From positions 424,116-488,115 of the forward strand of contig JAQGDQ010000064.1 of assembly GCA_030141605.1 (NCBI GenBank): a DNA stretch of 64,000 nucleotides, written 5' to 3'. A program made the translations under genes and the position numbers. The notes below the pieces were generated by a model, which had not been told where the DNA came from, ran no database searches, and saw nothing but the letters and a program-made list of their open reading frames with translations. Source of the DNA: Tubiluchus corallicola. Lineage: Eukaryota > Animalia > Priapulida. Positions 57,215-64,000 of the stretch are shown here, piece by piece; positions within the stretch are counted from its first letter, which is position 1; each line of letters starts with the position of its first letter.

Positions 57215-59023
57215 TTTACCTCAATATTTTCACATGTAGGTCACAAAACATATCCAGTGTGGAAATTCTCTTGCTGTAACATTGTAGAATCACCTGAAAA
57301 GAATTAAACTAATTAGAGAATTATTACTTATACTAATAATTAATCAGTATAATCGAATTTGGCATTGTCCTGATCAATTCTACCACCAAAGCAAGTCCAA
57401 ACCGACATCACTAAGTACTATCACAGTTGAAATCATTGTCATCATCAACATTGCTATCAATGTAGTCACCAAAAATAATAATGGTTGTCAATGACTAGAC
57501 ATTATTTACCGACATTTGGTGTGCTGTGACTATATCATTGTTCATTACCACTATCATAATTTGCACAAATCTAAACTCATCACTAATGTAAAACAATATA
57601 CACCTACTTTAATTCAAGTTAAGCTTGTGATAGAACAGGCTTTTAAAAAAATCACTATATCAGACAAGTAGTACAAATTTTCAACACTGGATGTTCAACA
57701 CCGTATTTATTCAAGGCAGATTTCCAGGGTGCCTCAAAGAAAAATGGAAAGTTGAAAAACCGTTAATTTTACACTTAACAGTTATTGCTCCAAACTGCAT
57801 ATAAACTGCTAGCAAGGAAGTAACTTATTCTTATTCAACCCAAGTGCATGCAACCAGTGGTTTTGTTACTGAACTTGGCATAAAAAGCACTTTCATCCAG
57901 AATATGAGAATAAGCATTGAAGATTTGAAGTCTGAGTTTAAAGTCTGAGCCTAAAAACAAGAAGAAAAGGTTCGACCTCTGATCCTAATTAAGAATCTCT
58001 GATCTCTGGTAACTGTAATTTTTCCTTGGTGATTAATGTAATAGGAAATTAATTGTTTACTTCAAAAGAAATGTGGAAGTTCATTTTCTGGAAGCATCGT
58101 CAACACCTCGCTTGATGAGATGTAAGATGAGACCTTTTTAGTTGCTGCTTGCTTCACAGTCTTCTGTACTTCCATAATCTTCAGATGGCTAAAACAGGCT
58201 CACCGTGCAGAATACATAGCATTGTTTTGTAGCAAAAGCATTCTTTACAAATTTAATGCAGGAATGAAAAACCATTTTCACACTTTCCACGGTCAAGCCT
58301 ACACTTTCTGATGTTTTTCACACAAAACCGAACTAGAGGTTTAAAACATATCTGAGAATTTCAAGGCTTAGTTAATGAAAAAGCCAGGAATGGTAAATTT
58401 GTAAAAAAGGTCAATTTGACCAAGGTAAACATCTTTCATGAACCACATTACCAACCACTCAGAATACTATTAACAAAGTTTATAGATAACTACTACTTAT
58501 TAACCAAATGCAATAAATTGACCACACCGTAGTCTCCCAAACACCCAGAATGCATTGCATGAAAACAGATTCCCATTGTTAGCTACACAATAAAGAGCAA
58601 GACGATCATTGTCATCAGTTGCAGAATGTTACTAAACTTGTTGTTGTATCGGATTGTAAAGCGACAAATTATAAAAACTGCTTAAAGCTGCATTAAGCAG
58701 CCAAAAATACATGTTTGTTTTACAAATCACATTTAACATAAAGCAAAAATTAGCGAAATTGTTCATTTGTTGTGTTTTACTGAATAGTTTTAAGACGGAC
58801 AGAATGATCAAGTGTGTTCACTTGCTGTCACAGATTTGAATGCACAGATAGAGATTGATAGGCTTGCAGAAAAGTGAGGTAACAACGGGTGCCATGCTCT
58901 AATACTAATTCTATGGTCTGCTGTATAGCAAACAATGGGCACAATGCTGTACAACAGAAAAACTGCATTCAATTGTATGGCAAAAACAGCCACACTTTTT
59001 AAGTTTTGAAGCAGTGGCATCAG

Positions 59024-60170
59024 GCCCATTTCCCACTACATGATCAGCTTTTAAACTGTCAAACTAAAACTTATTAACAGAAACTGTCAGTCTAAACACT
59101 GACACATGTTTACATGCCATCAAACTTTACTCTGGTAGAATTGGTATCCAGCTAGGGGTATCAGTCTGCAAGTATCAGTGAGGCAATAGTTACAAAATTA
59201 GGAATCAGTCAGCTTATTTTAGAGAAATTTTATGATTTTTTCAAATGAGACCAAACTGCATGATTATTAAATGCATGTAGTTTAACGTTAATACAACATG
59301 CATACTTTAACACGCAACTTACTTGTACACTTAATCAACTCTCAGTCCATTTCAAATTACACTATCAATGATTATGAAATGGATGAAATATAAAATTAGC
59401 ATAATGCTGCGAAGTAAACAATAATTTCAACTTAACTACTAAATGGCTATAAAGTTATAATAAAACTAAAATTTTTAATAGTTTAATTTAAACTGCATTA
59501 TACCATAATATAAAGTTTAAATTTCTTACCCGGTTCACAAAAAAAATAAAACATGATAAATTTAAACGTTTAAATTGTGGCTTCTAAAACACATGTATGT
59601 GCTTTGTAATTTTTTAGTTGTCCATTGAAGACGGTCATATCCATTTATGGAAATAAACAATCAATATGATATCACAAACGCGAGATGGTAATGACTGTTG
59701 GATCTCAGTTTGTCAGTTTAATAATAATAACTTTCATTTAAAATCGGCTTTAAATTCAACAGGCGACAAAAGCCTGCCACAAGGCTTTATTTCCGACTGT
59801 AAATAACAAACTATACCAACATAACAAAGATTATTATGACCCCACTTCTACCCTAAATACCACGAGCCAGGCTGGGCAACAGCAGGTATCATTTTGAAAG
59901 TCTTTGGTATGACCCAGCTGTAGTAACAAAATCACATCCTCCTAGGCAGAAACTAGACGCATTACCACTAGACTGTAGTGCCTGGTGTTAAATTTGTTTC
60001 GTTTTTGTTTTATTTGCTTGTTGTTTTTGTTTGTTGAATTCATGACAGTTTGATATCAGTAACTTTGTTTGTCAAAGTAAAAGTTTGCCAGTTTTGCTAC
60101 GTACATGACCAACTTAAAGTAAAACTTACAAGTTTGATAAAAAAGTTGAACGTCTTAGAGTGGTGTTATA
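59024..60170 (+). mobile_element. Second, inverted and more decayed copy of the Harbinger-like family at 13283-13851
   Basis: 59038-59130 aligns by eye with the reverse complement of 13740-13840, and 60055-60150 with the reverse complement of 13300-13410; boundaries approximate. Confidence 0.6.
59838..59986 (-). mobile_element. tRNA-derived SINE with MetaSINE-like core
   Basis: Minus strand: A-box-like cagtctagtgg followed by gggtcataccaaagactttcaaaatgatacctgctg, a core I recall from widespread animal SINEs; family name tentative. Confidence 0.55.
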
Positions 60171-61544
60171 CTATGAGTGTCAGTGAAAATGTGCTGAAAC
60201 TATATTAAGAACAAAGTTAAAATTAATTTCCTAAGACATCAGGTAGGGTTGCACATACCTCTAGTAAGAATTAGAATTTGAATAAAAAAAATAATACCCG
60301 ATTTTAATATTTATTGATCAACGTTTATGACAATGTATATGTTTTACTTGTATTAGTTGTAATAATTATAATTAATATAAAATCATATTTTACATAGGGC
60401 TTAGTGTGTTAAACTTTAATTCAATAAGGAACCCAAATATACATGCAGGAAAATTCATTTACTTGTTTTAAATCTTGTTACCGGGCTCGGTGGAATTTGC
60501 ACAGGCCATTAGGCTCTCTATGCTTAGCGTCATTTGGCGCACGACTACAAACCCACTTTTACCTCGAGGTGTTATACTGTCATTATTAGGAGTGTATAAG
60601 CCGCCGAAGTACCGTACTGATTTCTTTATACGTGAAGTTATCATTATTAGTCAAAATTTTCGGCGAGCACCTTAGAACGACGAACGAGCTGCCGAAAAAT
60701 CTGTACTTAACACCATAATAGTTTTCAAAAATTACTGAAATGCTCTCATGGTATAATATGGGAAATTATCGCTAACAACATTTACGATTTTGAGCGTCGT
60801 CAACGCCCTTACCGTCTTTGCTATGAGCGAGCACATCCAGAATTTCCAGATCGTCCAGGTATGGGTACTGGGTAATCGACTAATCGGGTCTGGGTTTGGG
60901 TCCGGGATTGTCAGATTCGTCACCCATCAGGCTCAATCATGAACCCGTGCACATGCACAGGGCCATAACAAAGGCAATTATAATAATAGTTATAGTAATG
61001 CGTGTTGAAGAAACCTATGGATGAGATTAGTCTGAGTATAAAAATTTTGAACCCTAGAATATCTTGCTCTTGTACAAATTTCAGCACAATGGATACTGAA
61101 CTCCAGATTTTGTGATGCATTTATTCTGAGATCTCGTACATTATTAGACAGTCTCTCTTTTCTGATTTCGTAAGAAAAATTCCTCGAAAATTTGACTATA
61201 AAAATCTGCAAAATCTGAAAATTGTTTTTGCACTGTCCCCCCTACCCTTAGTAAAAGCTTGTGTTATATCCTAAGAGCAACATCAGACAGATAAGGAAAT
61301 TATTAAGCAATACACATTAGTATTGATTTCTGAAACTCTCTGAAAAGCTATGTAAGTTGAGCTCAAGCTGCTCCCTACCATGAATGACACAATGGTACAC
61401 AAATATGTTACCTGTGAATGAGAACATAATCAGGAAGACCTTTTGAAAAATATTTAGATGAATATGATAAAAAAGACAAGCTTACTGTTGTGGCCAATTT
61501 AATTAATTTCTATTACTTGTCATATAAACTAGAACATACAGAGC

Positions 61545-62030
61545 AAAGAACGAGCATGCATGAGTCTTGTGGACCCAGTGCTTGAGTATAGCCAGACTGT
61601 CTCGGATCCGCACACTACCAGTTTAGTGACAAAACTGGAATCAGTTCCGAGAAGAGCTGTTAGGTTTATCCTGAGCCGAGCATTATAGGAGAACATCAAG
61701 TGTGACTACTATATAGATGATGACTGAGCTAAATTGGTGTCCACTAGTTGAGTAATGCAGGACGGCTAGTCTTCTAATGTTCTACAAAATACACCACCAT
61801 CTAGTAGCTGTTGATATGCCTCTCCAGTCAAAATACCACACTCTCTTATCCTTTACACCCGACAAACTCATATTGTGCATGCAACATACCAATTCACTTG
61901 CGATTATCACCTTCACTCTTCTTTCCTATGCACCACAAAGAAAACCACTGGCCAGAGTCAACAGTCCAGCTTGGCTCTCTCGATTCTTTCGGAGTGTCAT
62001 ACATTTGATCTAAACTGGATTAAGGTACTC
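61545..62030 (+). mobile_element. Non-LTR retrotransposon RT C-terminal fragment, decayed
   Basis: SLVDPVLEYSQTVSDPHT..LESVPRRAVRFI..TSSVT..MMTELNW..LLMFYKIHHHLVAVD; frameshifted. Confidence 0.8.
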
Positions 62031-62299
62031 CGCAGCATATTGATTGCGATGTAGGTTGTGATACCACTGCCTTGAGGACTTTGAGGACATTTTTATTCCA
62101 TTTATTATGCACCAAGGTAAACAGTTTTATCTCCACTGGGTGAAGCCTTACACTAGCATGAAATTGAAAAAACTGAGAGCACAGCCATGTGTTTGAGTAT
62201 TCAATTTGATGAAGTTAACACATTATCACAAAAAAGAAGAATTATTCTTACTAACTTTCTAGCACTTTTAGTTGTTCTCATTTAATTAGCTTACCTGAT

Positions 62300-62740
62300 G
62301 CCTGATACCTTTGTCTTCGGGCTCTTCTTTAAAGTCTAAACCACATTCTGCCCATACTTTATATCACTTCAAAGATAGGAGAATTTCATTTGCACAAAGT
62401 TAGGTGACTTTTTACTGGTATTTATATGATGGCCTCCTGTTATAGCTCATCCCGTACGTTTATCATACCCTCAATGAAGAGTTTAGTTTCAAGTTCAGTT
62501 TTCTTTTTTTAAAATAATTTTTGTGTGCCCTCGAGTTCTGGTGTATTACATAGCTTCCGTGAAGAAATTTTCTATAGCAATTTTGTCTATGTTGTTTGCT
62601 ATGCGATGCACTTGTATCAGGTCTCCTCTGATTCCCTGTAGTTCAGGGATGGCCAATTTAGGAACTCCAATTTTGCTGTGTAGGGTAGATCTTTTGTATG
62701 TCTTAATAGTTTTGATGTTCTCCGCTAGCTTTTCACTTGC
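62300..62740 (-). mobile_element. CR1-like LINE 3' fragment, decayed
   Basis: IRGDLIQVHRIANNIDKI..FF resembles the CR1 ORF2 C-terminal RRxRGDLI motif. Confidence 0.55.
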
Positions 62741-63631
62741 TGGACGTTAGCATTTTAATTGTCTAGTATTTATGTTAATTAACTTTGCGTTTTTGTCAAT
62801 AGTTTTTGCCATGATGAATTGATGATACCAGAAATTGTTTCTTCGAAATAAACGTGAATCTAACTGAATTGCAATAAAACCGAACTGATTCAAATTGTAT
62901 TTTCGCATTATTTTCAAATCGCGTAAAAAGCCGAAAAGATTTATTATAGAATTATCAAAGTGTGAAAATTTAAATTTCATCAATAATAATTATTGTATGT
63001 TGATAATTACTGTTTCAGAAAAATATCATATCAGAGGCAGAATCATTTACTTTGTTTCGAATTAACATTTTAAAATACTTTTTTATGCTGGCTGCCTGCG
63101 GCCGAGGACTTGATTCACTTGTTTTCGCGCCGTTAATTAATTATTTTTGTTAGCTATATACCTTTTTAAAAGGCTTAAGTTAAGTTTTTCTGGTTTATTC
63201 ATAATGACCATGCCTTTTGTTCCAGCAGAGCCGGACTTTACTCAGGAATTCATAGTCCAGACGACCCACAGTGGCTATGCTAATAATAATATTCTATCAG
63301 GCTGTATATTGTCATGCTGTTGTTGTTACACCACTACGTTGACCCACATAATTTCTCTAAATTTTATCACTTGTATGATCCAAGCATTGACTTACTAGTG
63401 TGCTCGTGTTTACTGAACATCCTTGTTCACTGCATGATTTCCAAACCCTTTTTTAGCTACCTCACGTTTCAACAGATGTTACGTCGCATCACTTTCCTTC
63501 AACAGTGGACACATCAAATCATCCTTTATTTTTATAATTACACTTTAGTTTTGTCATGTTTAATTTCCATTCAGTATTGTTATACCATACCATACTATAC
63601 CACTACTCTTAAAATATAAGAGTGGTAAAGG

Positions 63632-64000
63632 TTATTCGGGCAAGTTCATTGTAAGCCCATAATATTTCTTATCTAAGTATCTATCCAGCTTGTTCTTGAA
63701 ATTGTTCACTGAAGAGGCTTTAACAATTTCAGATGGGAGTAAATTCCACTCTCTAGCCACCCTTTCCATGAAAAAATATTTTCTACAATCCCATTTAGCT
63801 CTATGTTCACAAATTTTAAGAGAGTGCCCTCTGGCTCTGCCATCATTTGCCAGTGTAAACATTTTTTCTCTTTCAATTTCACCTAACCCATGCATAATCT
63901 TATATGCTTGTATCAAGTTTCCTCTATATAACTCCTCAACTCTAAGGTTGTAAGTGAGCATTTTCTAAGCTTTCCTTGATATTACATTTCCTCCATAGCT
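63632..64000 (-). mobile_element. CR1-clade LINE ORF2 C-terminal fragment (continues beyond the window)
   Basis: RGNLIQAYKIMHG...RARGHSLKI...RKYFFMERVAREWNLLPSEIVKASSVNNFKNKLD is the typical CR1 C-terminal region. Confidence 0.9.

Overview
AT-rich, intron-containing eukaryotic DNA, most likely from an invertebrate animal; the taxon cannot be fixed from this window. I assembled four genes by hand from GT-AG splice sites with consistent phases. (1) The last six exons of a ZDHHC17/HIP14-type palmitoyltransferase (+, 1-7056). (2) A convergent C45-family Ntn-hydrolase resembling insect tan/AAT (-, 8333-15151, about 384 aa), possibly with a signal peptide. (3) A giant KIAA1549/KIAA1549L (UPF0606)-like single-pass membrane protein (-, 20479-53009, 15 exons, about 4814 aa) whose ectodomain is mostly one 10,836-bp exon. 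(4) DCAF15 with an uninterrupted CDS (-, 55370-57214). Introns and intergenic DNA hold hAT, pogo/Tigger and Harbinger non-autonomous elements, a decayed 3.7-kb LINE, CR1-type fragments, tRNA-derived SINE pieces, a 42-bp minisatellite and microsatellites. No prokaryotic system or CRISPR array is present. The best leads are the architecture of the KIAA1549-like protein (giant in-frame skippable glyco-exon, polybasic convertase cassette) and the possibly secreted tan-like hydrolase. Family assignments come from recalled protein motifs, not database searches.
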